DNA of 40,756 nucleotides, taken from positions 1 through 40,756 of the forward strand of contig JAHLWZ010000938.1 in NCBI GenBank assembly GCA_020536535.1, read 5' to 3'. The position numbers and the translations under genes are program-made. This document shows positions 11,519 to 21,377 of this stretch, in pieces; within the stretch, counting starts at the first letter, position 1; each line of letters starts with the position of its first letter. The notes beneath the pieces were generated by a model. That model was given only the letters and a program-made list of their open reading frames with translations, did not search any database and had not been told where the DNA came from. Source of the DNA: Pelomyxa schiedti. Its lineage: Eukaryota; Protista; Evosea.

Positions 11519-13045
11519 ATGTTACACGCAAGAACCTTGTTCACAGCGGAAGAATGCACCCCCACAACTACCCACAAGAGCATTGAACAAGGCTTGCCAG
11601 GCATGGGTCGTGTTGGCAGGCTGGTCGTCGTTGCCCCTCACGTAGTGTCGTCGACTACGACGTGCGTCACGTCACCCCCGTGCGCAACCGCGACGACGGT
11701 GTCGAGGTCAGCCACCGTGACGACCGTGACGTCGACAGCGACCACGTCGACGACTACGGTGACCACCACGACCACCGGCGGCCCGACGATGAGGGACCAA
11801 GTTGGCGCCCTGGCGATGGGGACGCACCCCAGGTGCGGCGCCTCGTGCGCGCTTCCGTTGACAATGATGAACAGCGCTGGTGGGGGTGGCGCAGGGGCAG
11901 ACGGGGGCGATTATGGGATTCTGGTTGTCAGGCTGGTGTGGTCGTGGCTGTGGTGCCGGGCGAGGTTCTTCTGCTTGTGCTTTTCTGGGTGCTATGCATC
12001 TGGATACCCACACACACAGGGGCCATCATGGGTGGTCACATTTGGCGTGTCGACGGTGCTGCTGACGCTGACTCACGAAATGAGGTGGTGGGCACAGGGA
12101 AGGGACCGGCGACTGTTTGCTGCCTGCCCGCACTATCTGGTGGTCTACGATGGCGGGCGCGGACTTTACTACTTGCGGGACACGAGGACTGGGAAGAGGA
12201 TGCCTGTGGAGGACGGAATGAAGCACCCTCTTCCTACACTTGTACATCATCAAACCAACGGGAAGTGGCTAGTGTACCGCCAGGTGCGGTCAAGGGAGGC
12301 CGTAGTCTATAAGCTCCCAACGACTCTGGGGGCAGAATTACCACCTACACCAATGAATCCAACTGTGGTGCAGTTTCCTTTCGACCTCGATGAGTGTAGG
12401 TTGGGTGACAATGAAGACCACCTGTGGCTTTGGTCATTTGGTGTCATGACCCGAGGCTCTCTCCCTTTATTCAGGTTGGCATTGATTGACCTTGCTCAAA
12501 CTCAGTTATTGAAAACACTTGTGGTGCTGGGTTCAGCTGCTCTGCCGTTGGATGATGACAGGGACAGTTGGATTCTGACACCCAAGCATTTTGTACTCTT
12601 TACCAAAAAGAATGGTGCTCACTTATTTGCGGTGCTATTACACGATGCCTATAGCAGAAATGTGGATCTTATTATCATTGAAGAGGGAACTGGGCACATG
12701 AAAAAAATCCCACTAGGGGGTGACAGGTTTGCCTCAATGTGGGTATCACCACTGAACGAGTCACAGTTCTCTGTGTTTGGGGTTCACAAGGACACATACG
12801 AGGTGTGGGATGCCGCTGACACAACAAGGCCGGCACGGGAAAAGAAATGCCTTCCTGGATGCACAACAACAAACCAAGCATTTGTTGAGGGAGGACTGCT
12901 GTTCCAAATGAGTGAACTCAAGAATGAAATGCACGTGACTGAGGAGTCCTCTGGTGATCACGTCATAACTTTGCAATTTTTCAGGCCTGCATTTGTTGTG
13001 CACCACCACTCCTTCCATCTCTCTAGCAACACCTTTGGTGTATAA
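11519..13045 (+). CDS. Array paralog A: intronless unknown-family protein (N-module plus probable beta-propeller); true start may be ATG 11603
   Basis: 508-codon ORF with RVGRLVVVAP, a Thr-rich linker, MRDQVGALAMGTHPRCG, LVWSWLWCRARFF, NGKWLV and FVEGGLLFQMSE..HVTEESSGDHVITLQFFRP. Confidence 0.85.
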   Translation: MLHARTLFTAEECTPTTTHKSIEQGLPGMGRVGRLVVVAPHVVSSTTTCVTSPPCATATTVSRSATVTTVTSTATTSTTTVTTTTTGGPTMRDQVGALAMGTHPRCGASCALPLTMMNSAGGGGAGADGGDYGILVVRLVWSWLWCRARFFCLCFSGCYASGYPHTQGPSWVVTFGVSTVLLTLTHEMRWWAQGRDRRLFAACPHYLVVYDGGRGLYYLRDTRTGKRMPVEDGMKHPLPTLVHHQTNGKWLVYRQVRSREAVVYKLPTTLGAELPPTPMNPTVVQFPFDLDECRLGDNEDHLWLWSFGVMTRGSLPLFRLALIDLAQTQLLKTLVVLGSAALPLDDDRDSWILTPKHFVLFTKKNGAHLFAVLLHDAYSRNVDLIIIEEGTGHMKKIPLGGDRFASMWVSPLNESQFSVFGVHKDTYEVWDAADTTRPAREKKCLPGCTTTNQAFVEGGLLFQMSELKNEMHVTEESSGDHVITLQFFRPAFVVHHHSFHLSSNTFGV

Positions 13046-13308
13046 TACACCGGTTTGTAACTGGGTTTAATAGTGATACTTCTCCTTTCTTCTCTGAGGA
13101 ATTGAATAATGTGGGTTGTTGGGACGGAACTAAAATAAATAAACACTTTGCTTCAGTACGAACGTATTCGTCACTCCCTTCAGGACAGCCACTCACACCT
13201 CACGAGCATGGGTTTGTGGGGTCACTTGGTTAGTCAGTAGAATCCACTCAGGTAACAAAAAACCTGAAAGACAAAGGCGTGAACGAAGGGAGAAAAAAAA
13301 AAAGCAAG

Positions 13309-13640
13309 TCACATACCAATCACCAGTGAGGTCCATTCCGCTTTTGTAAATGTAGAACACAGGTGACGATCTGAACACGGACTTGAGGGTGGCACCCTTG
13401 GTGTTGGCTGTTGTGCTCGCCGGAACGAATATCTAAATATTATTAATATATCAGCTCTTTTTGAATATCTGATGATGAAAGTTCGGAAATCCCGGCACAC
13501 CTGTGGGAAGTGATTGTTTGTTTGAACGTAAAAGGTCCGGAAAGCCGGAAGAGGTCTTTTGGATCACAGAACGAGAATATGAACAGGCACAGATAGTGCG
13601 GAAGTATTTTAAAAACTTTCTGAAAAGCTGCAACAACCAC
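13309..13640 (-). pseudogene. F-box domain gene remnant (or gene with a non-canonical donor) embedded in the paralog array
   Basis: FKILPHYLCLFIFSFCDPKDLFRLS plus VCRDFRTFII (after acceptor cccacag at 13501) fits the F-box consensus LPxxxxxxIFSFLxxxDLxxxxxVCxxW/F. No in-phase GT donor and no clear start. Confidence 0.45.
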
Positions 13641-14040
13641 CCATCTCCGTGCATATTTCCTGTGGTGGTGTGGTCCCTCGTGTTGGTGGTTTTAGCCACA
13701 CTTTCGAGGAAATATCTGGGGTGTGTGAGTGGGGTATGTTCTGATCAGGAAATCATAGGGATTGGGTTGGGAGAGTTTGCTCACCAAAAATCCACACCTC
13801 GTTGAGCTTCTTGCCATTCGACATTCCACCTGTGTGCGGTAATAGCGTACTCCTCGGTTGGAAATTGACCCGATGTGTACCGTGTCAACAAACAAGTCTG
13901 CCCAGTTGGTTCATGTTAATGGTGTGATAGTAACACACGCACCTTTCCAACGCCACTGTCCCCCAAGACAAGGAGCCTAATGGGCCGCATGGTTTGGAAA
14001 CCCAACAGTTATTTTCTTGTGATGGGATTCAGAGAAGGAA

Positions 14041-15312
14041 ATGCGGCGGAGAGTGGCCAAAGTAGTGGTGGTTGTGTTGGGCGCGTCGGCCTCTTCGTCG
14101 TCGACTAGGGGAACTGTTGGGCACCCTGTCGTGGCGATGACGATGCGGGACCAAGTTGGGGCACTGGCGATGGGGACCCGCTGCGGCGGCGGCGGAGGGG
14201 ATTATGGGATGATGACTCTGGTTGTGAAGCTGGTGTGGGAGTGGCTGTGGTGCCGGTCGAGGTTCTTCTGCGTTGCAGTTGCAACTGCCGATTACGATAA
14301 ATCGTGGATGGTCACGTTCGGGGTGTCGATGGTGCTGCTGACACTGACACATGAAATGAGGTGGTGGACACAGAGGATGAGCGGGCCAAAGGCACTGCAG
14401 GGAGCCACACAGCACCACCTGCTGGTCCATGATGTGCGGGGGTTCTTCCTGCTGCAGGACACAGTGACTGGTCAGAGGGTGGCTGTGCCTGGCAGGGTCA
14501 GGAGTCAGAGGGGGATGTCTGCCACCAATGGGAAGTGGCTGGTGTGCTGCCGCCCAAGGAATCTTGTAGTGTTTAAGCTCCCAGTGAAACGGGTGTTGGG
14601 GGAAAGCCAGTTGAACGAACCAACAGTTGTGGAAATGCCACTTGACATTGGAAGGCGTTGCTGCATTCAGTTTGTGGGCACCTGTGCTGACCACTTGTTG
14701 ATTTGGTCCCTTGGGATTTTGCACAATACTCCCTGTGTTACCAAGTTGGTGTTGGTTGATGTTGCACAGACCAATTCATCCAAAGCACTGGTTGTGCTGA
14801 GTTCAGTTGCTCTTCAAGTCGGTCACTTTCACCTGACAAACTGGATCCTGTCATCCCAGCATTTTTCCGTTTTCACCAAAACAAGGAAGGATGGAGCTCA
14901 CTCTTTTGTGGTGCTGAGGACTTCAACTCATGGCACTGATGTAGCACTCCTGGGGTCCGAGGAGCGAACTGACCAGCACAAGCAGACTCCACTGCAGTTC
15001 GAAAAATTCAGATGTGTGTCACCACTGAGTGAGTCACAGTTCTGTGTGTTTAGCTCGCGGGGACTCACATACAGTGTGTGGGATATAAACGACACAACAA
15101 AGCCAATGAAGACAGTGAAGTTCTTGCCTGGATGCATAGCCAAAGATGCCTTTGTGGAAGGAGGACTGCTGTTCCAAATGAGTGAATCCAGGAAAGAAAT
15201 GCATGTGACTGAGGAGTCCTCTGGTGATCATGTCATAACTTTGCAATTCTTCAGGCCTGCATGCATCCTGAAACATAAGTTCTCTTTTCCTCTCCCTGGG
15301 ATCTCCCCATAA
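14041..15312 (+). CDS. Array paralog B (intronless)
   Basis: 423-codon ORF with MRDQVGALAMGTRCG, LVWEWLWCRSRFF, TFGVSMVLLTLTHEMRWW, NGKWLV and the conserved C-terminal block. Confidence 0.88.
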   Translation: MRRRVAKVVVVVLGASASSSSTRGTVGHPVVAMTMRDQVGALAMGTRCGGGGGDYGMMTLVVKLVWEWLWCRSRFFCVAVATADYDKSWMVTFGVSMVLLTLTHEMRWWTQRMSGPKALQGATQHHLLVHDVRGFFLLQDTVTGQRVAVPGRVRSQRGMSATNGKWLVCCRPRNLVVFKLPVKRVLGESQLNEPTVVEMPLDIGRRCCIQFVGTCADHLLIWSLGILHNTPCVTKLVLVDVAQTNSSKALVVLSSVALQVGHFHLTNWILSSQHFSVFTKTRKDGAHSFVVLRTSTHGTDVALLGSEERTDQHKQTPLQFEKFRCVSPLSESQFCVFSSRGLTYSVWDINDTTKPMKTVKFLPGCIAKDAFVEGGLLFQMSESRKEMHVTEESSGDHVITLQFFRPACILKHKFSFPLPGISP

Positions 15313-15372
15313 CGCACACAGTTGATGTCTTGAATTTCAAAACACAAATTTTCGAGGAAGCATCAAACCGAA

Positions 15373-16782
15373 ATGCAAGAACAACAAGCATCAAGCGAAC
15401 AGTTGTTCGTCAGTAGTAGTCCCCATGCAACAACAGCAGTTGCATCCACCAAACATGTTGGTCCGAAAAAAGTGCTTCGCACAGGAAGGCTCGTTGTTGC
15501 ACTGGCACCCTCCGGGCGACGAGTGACGTCACCACGAGCAACTGCCACCACAGGCGCGGCCACAACAACTCCCCCGGGCCCCCCGCCGATGATGAGGGAC
15601 CAAGTTGGCGCCATGGCGATGGGGGCGCACCCGAGGTGCGGGGCGGCGTGCCCACTGTTGAAACTCGCGGGCGGCAGGTGGGATTGTGGGATGTCGATTC
15701 TGGTGGCGCGGCTGGTGTGGGAGTGGCTGTGGTGCCGGTCGAGGTTCTTCTGTGTCGCGGTGGTTGCTTCAGATTATGGGAAACCTTGGATGACCAGCTC
15801 GTGGGTTGTCACGTTCGGGGTGTCGATGGTGCTGCTGACACTGACACACGAAATGAGGTGGTGGGCGCAGAGGATGACCGGCCCACAGTCAGTGTTTGGT
15901 GTCAACCAGCGCCAGGTGATTGTGTATGACGTGCGTGGGTTCTTCCTGCTGCAGGACACAGTGACTGGTCAGAGGGTGAGTCTGCCTGTCAGGGTCAGGC
16001 CCCCAGGGCGCACTGGCACAAACGGGAAGTGGCTGGTGTGCTGCCACCCAAGGGAACTTGTTGTCTTTGAGCTCCCAGTGAAGCGGGTGTTGGGGGAAGG
16101 TCAGTTACACCAGCCAACAGTTGTGCCACTTCACATAGAAGGGCGTTTCAGCATTCAGTTTGTGCACACTTGTGCTGACCACTTGTTGATTTGGTTATTT
16201 GAATCATCGCAGCGGCTTTTGCCCAATTTAGTCAAGCTGTTGCTGATTGACCTTGCCCAAACCAATTCATCGAAATCTTTGGTGGTGCTGAGTTCAACTG
16301 CTCTGCAATTTGGTGACTTGGGCCTGACTACCCGTACTTTGGGAACGCAAGAATTTTCTGTTTTGACAAAGAAGAATGGGGCTCGATCATTTGTGGTGCT
16401 GAGAACCCCAAGCTTCCCACGTGGAAATGCTGCACTCATTGCTTTCGAGGAAAGAACTGGGCACCTCCAACACACCCCACTGAAGGAAAGCATCTGTCGT
16501 GCCTCACAGCTGAACCAGTCACAATTCTGTGTGTTTGCAGCTCACAAGGACACATACGATGTGTGGGATGTAAATGACACAACAAAGCCTCTGAAGACAG
16601 TGAGGTGCCAACCTGGTTTGGTAGCAAGTCACAACTTTGTTGAAGGCGGACTGCTGTTCCAAATGGGTGGATCCAGAAGAGCAATGCGAGTGACTGAGGA
16701 GTCCTCTGGTGATCACATCCTCACTTTGCAATTCGTCAGGCCTGTCTACACCCTAAACCAGAAGTTCTCCTTTCTTCTCTGA
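15373..16782 (+). CDS. Array paralog C (intronless; closest to B)
   Basis: 469-codon ORF. Shares DVRGFFLLQDTVTGQRV and LPVKRVLGE with B, plus the family motifs. Confidence 0.88.
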   Translation: MQEQQASSEQLFVSSSPHATTAVASTKHVGPKKVLRTGRLVVALAPSGRRVTSPRATATTGAATTTPPGPPPMMRDQVGAMAMGAHPRCGAACPLLKLAGGRWDCGMSILVARLVWEWLWCRSRFFCVAVVASDYGKPWMTSSWVVTFGVSMVLLTLTHEMRWWAQRMTGPQSVFGVNQRQVIVYDVRGFFLLQDTVTGQRVSLPVRVRPPGRTGTNGKWLVCCHPRELVVFELPVKRVLGEGQLHQPTVVPLHIEGRFSIQFVHTCADHLLIWLFESSQRLLPNLVKLLLIDLAQTNSSKSLVVLSSTALQFGDLGLTTRTLGTQEFSVLTKKNGARSFVVLRTPSFPRGNAALIAFEERTGHLQHTPLKESICRASQLNQSQFCVFAAHKDTYDVWDVNDTTKPLKTVRCQPGLVASHNFVEGGLLFQMGGSRRAMRVTEESSGDHILTLQFVRPVYTLNQKFSFLL

Positions 16783-16913
16783 GAAAAAAAACCAACTTGA
16801 AAGTGATGACATCTCATGCCCTAACCCTAACTTAAGACAACACATGCCTTCTTTTCCGTTCCAAATTCTCTAATAGAAAGAATTCATAAGAATCATGTGG
16901 GGTTCAAAGTGGA

Positions 16914-18260
16914 TCAGGAGAGAAGGAAACAGAAATTAGAAACCACGGCAGTTTCTTTGAAAAAAGCCAAAGTGATGACGTGATCACCAGAGGACTCCTC
17001 AGTCACGTGCATTTCTTTTGTGGATTCACTCATTTGGAACAACAGACCCCCTTCAACAAATGCTCTGTTTGTTGTGCATCCAGGAAGGCATTTCATTGTC
17101 CTTGCAGGCCTTGTTGTGTCAGTGGCATCCCACACCTCGTACGTGTCCTTGTGTGATCCAAAGAGACAGAACTGTGTCTGGCTCAGTGGTGATATGCGAC
17201 GTGGGAACACTCGTGGCATTACTTGCGCTTGTTTCGTGTGGGCAGTTCCCTCCTCGATTGTAATGAAGGCGGGATAGTTGCCTGACAATGCAACACAGTC
17301 AACAAACACATGAGCGCCGCACTGTTTGGTCAAAACAGAATAATCTGGAAACTCAAATACCGGAAACAGCTCAAGTTGGGGTTCAGTCACACTCAACACC
17401 ACCAATTCTTTCGATGAATTGGTTTGCGCAAGGTCAATCAACATCAACTTCAAAGACCGAACGTGGAAGTTGAGTCCAGAAACTGTGAATGAGAACAGCA
17501 TGCGGTCTTCACAACTGTTGTCCAAGTAAATTTGACAGTCATCACTGAGGGGAAGTGGCACAACAGTTGGCTTCTTGGCACTTGGTGAAAATCTTTCCCC
17601 AAATGCGCACCTCGTTGGCAGTTCAACGACAGCCAGGTTCTTCAGGGATTTATCGCGGCACACCAACCACTTCCCATTGACCTGACAACCAAACGCAGAC
17701 CACTCTCCTCCAAGCAACAACGTCCTCTGGCCAGTCACCACGTCCTGGATGAAAAAGCAACAACCTCGGCGGAAGTATTTCCCCACCAAGTAGTGCCGGT
17801 TCGCACCCACAAGTACCTCCGTTCTCCTCCTTTCCGCCCACCACCTCACCTCGTGCGTCAGTGACAGCAGCGCCGTCGACACCCCGAACGTCACCAGCAC
17901 TGGGTGCTTGTCGCCGACGAATAACTTGAGGCAGTAGAACCTCGACCGGCACCACAGCCACTCCCACACCAGCCTCACAACCAGCATCCCATAACCCCCT
18001 CCGCCGCCACCACCACTCATAGCGCCCCTTCGCAGGGCGCACGACCCCGCGGCCCCGCCGCCGCACCTGGGGTGGGCGCCCATCGCCAGGGCGCCAACTT
18101 GGTCCCTCATCGACGAGGTGGTGGTCGTTGCTGGTGGTGGGGCCACGACGACGGCGCGTCCAACGTGACGGTGACGTGCCGTTACTGCGGCATTTTTGAT
18201 CGAACCTGATTGTAGTGTTGTTGTGGTGTCGTAGTCACTTGTTGTGTTGCTCCCATGCAT
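16914..18260 (-). CDS. Array paralog D (intronless, inverted)
   Basis: 448-codon ORF with HVGRAVVVAP, MRDQVGALAMGAHPRCG, LVWEWLWCRSRFY, NGKWLV and HVTEESSGDHVITL. Confidence 0.88.
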   Translation of the reverse strand: MHGSNTTSDYDTTTTLQSGSIKNAAVTARHRHVGRAVVVAPPPATTTTSSMRDQVGALAMGAHPRCGGGAAGSCALRRGAMSGGGGGGGYGMLVVRLVWEWLWCRSRFYCLKLFVGDKHPVLVTFGVSTALLSLTHEVRWWAERRRTEVLVGANRHYLVGKYFRRGCCFFIQDVVTGQRTLLLGGEWSAFGCQVNGKWLVCRDKSLKNLAVVELPTRCAFGERFSPSAKKPTVVPLPLSDDCQIYLDNSCEDRMLFSFTVSGLNFHVRSLKLMLIDLAQTNSSKELVVLSVTEPQLELFPVFEFPDYSVLTKQCGAHVFVDCVALSGNYPAFITIEEGTAHTKQAQVMPRVFPRRISPLSQTQFCLFGSHKDTYEVWDATDTTRPARTMKCLPGCTTNRAFVEGGLLFQMSESTKEMHVTEESSGDHVITLAFFKETAVVSNFCFLLS

Positions 18261-18355
18261 TTGAGGAATAATTTCTTTCGCATCAGGTCACCAGCTTTGA
18301 AGCTAATTCGCCCTGCCGTTCGATCGGCAACATCAATGCTGTCGGCACGTAAAAC

Positions 18356-19184
18356 ATGTGGCATTGCCAAGCCTGGTGGTCGTGGCTGCGGTGCCGGTCG
18401 AGGTTCTTCTTTGTGCCCCTTTGTGCTGGGAACAGGTCATGGGTGGTCACTTTCGGAGTGTTGATGGTGCTGCTGACACTGTCACACGAAATGAGGTGGT
18501 GGGCGCAGGCGGGGAACTGGCCCAGGGCGTCACTGCTGGGGGGCCAACCCGCACTAGCGGCGTGGATTTTGTGAGCTGCGGGACACGGTGACTGGGAGGA
18601 GGATGGCTGTGCCTGACAGGGTCAGGAGGCCAAAGGGTTGCTATGCCACCAACGGGAAGTCACAACTGTTGGATGGCACAACTGACCTTCCCCCAACACC
18701 CTCATCACTGGGAGCTCGAAAACAAAGGTGTCAAAGACATAGGCCTTCCCTTCGGGGGATTGTCAGGGTTCCAAGATTTTTGTGTTTTGACCAAAACAAA
18801 GATGGATGGGTCTCACTCGTTTGTGGTGCTCAGAGTGACCATTTTCAGCAGTGATGCTGCTCTCTTGGAGTTTGATGAGGGAACGGGTGGGTGTCTACAT
18901 TTCAGTTTGAAGACTACAGCTGGGTGTCACCACTGAACCAGTCACAGTTCTGTGTTTTTGTTCCAGACAAAGACTCATTCAATGTGTGGGACATCAATGA
19001 CACGACATTGCCAATCAGGTCAGTGCACTGCCTGCCAGGATGCATGACAGACCGCAACGAATTTGTTGAAGGAGGACTGCTGTTCCAAATGAGTATCTCC
19101 AAACAAGAAATGCATGTAATCGAGGAGTCCTCGGGGAGTTATGTAATCTCCATCGTAGTCGTCTTCACCCACATCACTACTTGA
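18356..19184 (+). pseudogene. Array pseudogene E (B-like; 5'-truncated, internal deletions, frameshifts)
   Basis: Family motifs are split over several frames: WSWLRCRSRFF/LLTLSHEMRWW, RMAVPDRVRR..ATNGK, TKTKMDGSHSFVVLR, VSPLNQSQFCVF..FVEGGLLFQMS..EESSG. The MRDQ module is missing. Confidence 0.85.
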
Positions 19185-19277
19185 GCAGACGTATGTATTC
19201 ATCATGAAGTAAGTAAGAAGGCATTAATGTTCCCAGAAATTATAGATAACAGTGCCACTCTGTTGCCCTCTAGCTGA

Positions 19278-20570
19278 CTACATAGACCACAAAATTGACG
19301 GGTAAAAGACCCAAGGGAACTCAACAGGAACAGTGAAAACACCAAAGTGGAACCCACTCAGCCCATCATGAAGTGACACTTTGAGTGACTTCTCTTTGGC
19401 ACCTCTGGTGCTGAGTCCAGTTGATGCAATAAGGCCTGACTGATTGCTTGGGCAGCACCATGTGCAAGGGACACAGAATGAAGGCTTGGTGGGGTCACTT
19501 CCTTCAGTGTCGTACACTCTGAATCTGTGTGAATCCGCTGAAATAACAAAAGCACGGCCCTTGCTGATTGGATGAACCATGTGATCTTTTGGAAATGCCA
19601 GACGCCGGTGCTGCAATTCATCCACCAGGAAATACACTGAACTGCCGAAGTGCAAGGTGCACATGGAACCATCAGAGAGCCACATGACTCCCTTTGGGGT
19701 GACTTCGTGGTGCATGATTTTTGTTTGAACCACCAACCCCTGTGCCTGGAAGCTTGCATCCAAGTCCACAAAAGTCACGGCACCACAGGTCCAGCCAAGG
19801 TCCATCAGTATGTCATGGCTCTCTGGTGACAAGTCGATGTCTTTCAAATCCAAACTCGTTTGGAAGCACACCCCCGGACCCTCTGGAATTCCTCCAGCAA
19901 CCCTCCAAATGCAAAGCTCACCATGCTTGCTCCCTGAGCACGCCAACCACTTCCTGTTTGCCCGCGCACTGTAGCCGAATGACAGCGACGGCGACGACCA
20001 ACACACAGCACCGGACTCTGAATCCAGGACAGAGTGTTCCCACAGCACCCAATCACTCGGCGATGTTTTAGAGAACAGGACCTTGTTGGGGCCGGTCATG
20101 CAGTCCTGCATCAGCATCGTGGAAGTGAACGCAGAGACGCTGACCACGCCCAGGGTTGGTGACACACTCACGCACAGGTATCGGAACCTCCTGATGTCTC
20201 TGGTGTGGATCTGGGTGGAATCCCTCAGGGGTAGCCTGAACACAGCGTCCCTGACAGGCCTGAGGACCCACTCCTCGGCCCACATTCTCACCAGTGAGAG
20301 TGATTGGCACCACTCCACCATGGCTGGTGATGGTTTCAGGGGGTATGACGAGGGTGGCGATGACGACGCTACAGCGCCCTCGTGGTCTGAGCTATTACAT
20401 GGATGACGGCACACCCGCTTTGCAATGATGGGAGCACAACACACGGCAACGACTTGCGACTTGGCGGTCGTGGCACCAATGTTGATCTTTTCTGTTGCCT
20501 TTGGTGTTGGGTGTGCCCTTTCAAATACATCTTTAGAGCGCCAGCTGTTGTGTTGTTGTGACTGTCCCAT
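19278..20570 (-). CDS. Array paralog F, distant subfamily (intronless)
   Basis: 430-codon ORF with colinear degenerate motifs: AKSQVVAV, WAEEWVL, ANRKWLAC, FVDLDASFQAQGLVV (cf. LIDLAQTNSSKELVV), VYDTEGSDPTKP (cf. VWDVNDTTKP), LHDGLSGFHFGVF. Confidence 0.75.
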   Translation of the reverse strand: MGQSQQHNSWRSKDVFERAHPTPKATEKINIGATTAKSQVVAVCCAPIIAKRVCRHPCNSSDHEGAVASSSPPSSYPLKPSPAMVEWCQSLSLVRMWAEEWVLRPVRDAVFRLPLRDSTQIHTRDIRRFRYLCVSVSPTLGVVSVSAFTSTMLMQDCMTGPNKVLFSKTSPSDWVLWEHSVLDSESGAVCWSSPSLSFGYSARANRKWLACSGSKHGELCIWRVAGGIPEGPGVCFQTSLDLKDIDLSPESHDILMDLGWTCGAVTFVDLDASFQAQGLVVQTKIMHHEVTPKGVMWLSDGSMCTLHFGSSVYFLVDELQHRRLAFPKDHMVHPISKGRAFVISADSHRFRVYDTEGSDPTKPSFCVPCTWCCPSNQSGLIASTGLSTRGAKEKSLKVSLHDGLSGFHFGVFTVPVEFPWVFYPSILWSM

Positions 20571-20603
20571 AGCGGGTAATTACCCCCAACGGTCTTCCTG
20601 GAA

Positions 20604-20933
20604 GTGTTGAGCTCCATCAACGCAACGATGCTGCTGTCGCTGTCAGTGCCACCACCAACCAACGCTGCGGAACAGTTTTGTGCGCTTATCACATCGTCGC
20701 ACCCGCCACGTGTGCTCCCTTGCGCCCCTCGTGGGCCACACATTCGTCCTGGGCCTCCTCCGCCGCGTTCGTCCTGGGCCAGCAAAGGCGACGACGCGCC
20801 GGAAAAAAAAGCGAAAGGAGCCTCGCTGGCCATCACGCGGATCGAGGCATTCACTTGTTATGGAAGATTGAGTGTGCTGCCGATTGTCGTTCACTCTCCG
20901 TGTCAATTTCGGTTCTGTGTTGGGTGTTGGTGA
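20604..20933 (+). pseudogene. Probable decayed gene G beginning with the family N-module
   Basis: AAEQFCALITSSHP resembles ARQQVLALVMASHNRCG / MRDQVGALAMGTHPRCG. The downstream sequence is broken over frames, with Cys-pair fragments to ~21350. Confidence 0.3.
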
Positions 20934-21377
20934 GGGGGAGTGGGGGAGACAATTGATTTCTGATTTCACTGCGCACAGTGCACAGTGTAAGCTTGGGTTC
21001 CTGTGAGTAACGCACAAGAGAACCTTCAGTTCCCAGCAATAGACACACAGTTTGAGTGAATTTTTTCCACTCCAACACAAGGTGCGCCAAGGAATTGGAA
21101 AATCCTGCTGTAAATAGTATAAATTACTTGTCGATAGGTGCCAACGGTGCACTTTGTGTTTTAGAAGAGGACTTTTCACGTGACCCGAAGTGGTACACTG
21201 GCGCAGATGTGTGAAATGCGGGTGGGCGCAGTTCGAAGCTGCACCGACCCAAAAAATGGGGCACTTTGAACCACAGGAAAATTGCTCTGTAAAACACAAA
21301 GTGCGCCACCGTGAACCAGTTATGTCCTGTTTGCGGCAAGGCTGAGTGACAGGAAACTACTTGTGATTGATACCTCA

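Noticed and set aside
11243-11645. ORFs spanning the U6 locus (e.g. GTIQRRLAWPLRKDDTQ)
   Set aside because: Spurious translations of the U6 snRNA sequence.
16818-16830. ccctaaccctaa telomere-like repeat between paralogs C and D
   Set aside because: Only two units, which is compatible with chance.
20643-21299. 218-aa minus-strand ORF
   Set aside because: Non-ATG start and no recognisable motifs; it is antisense to remnant G.
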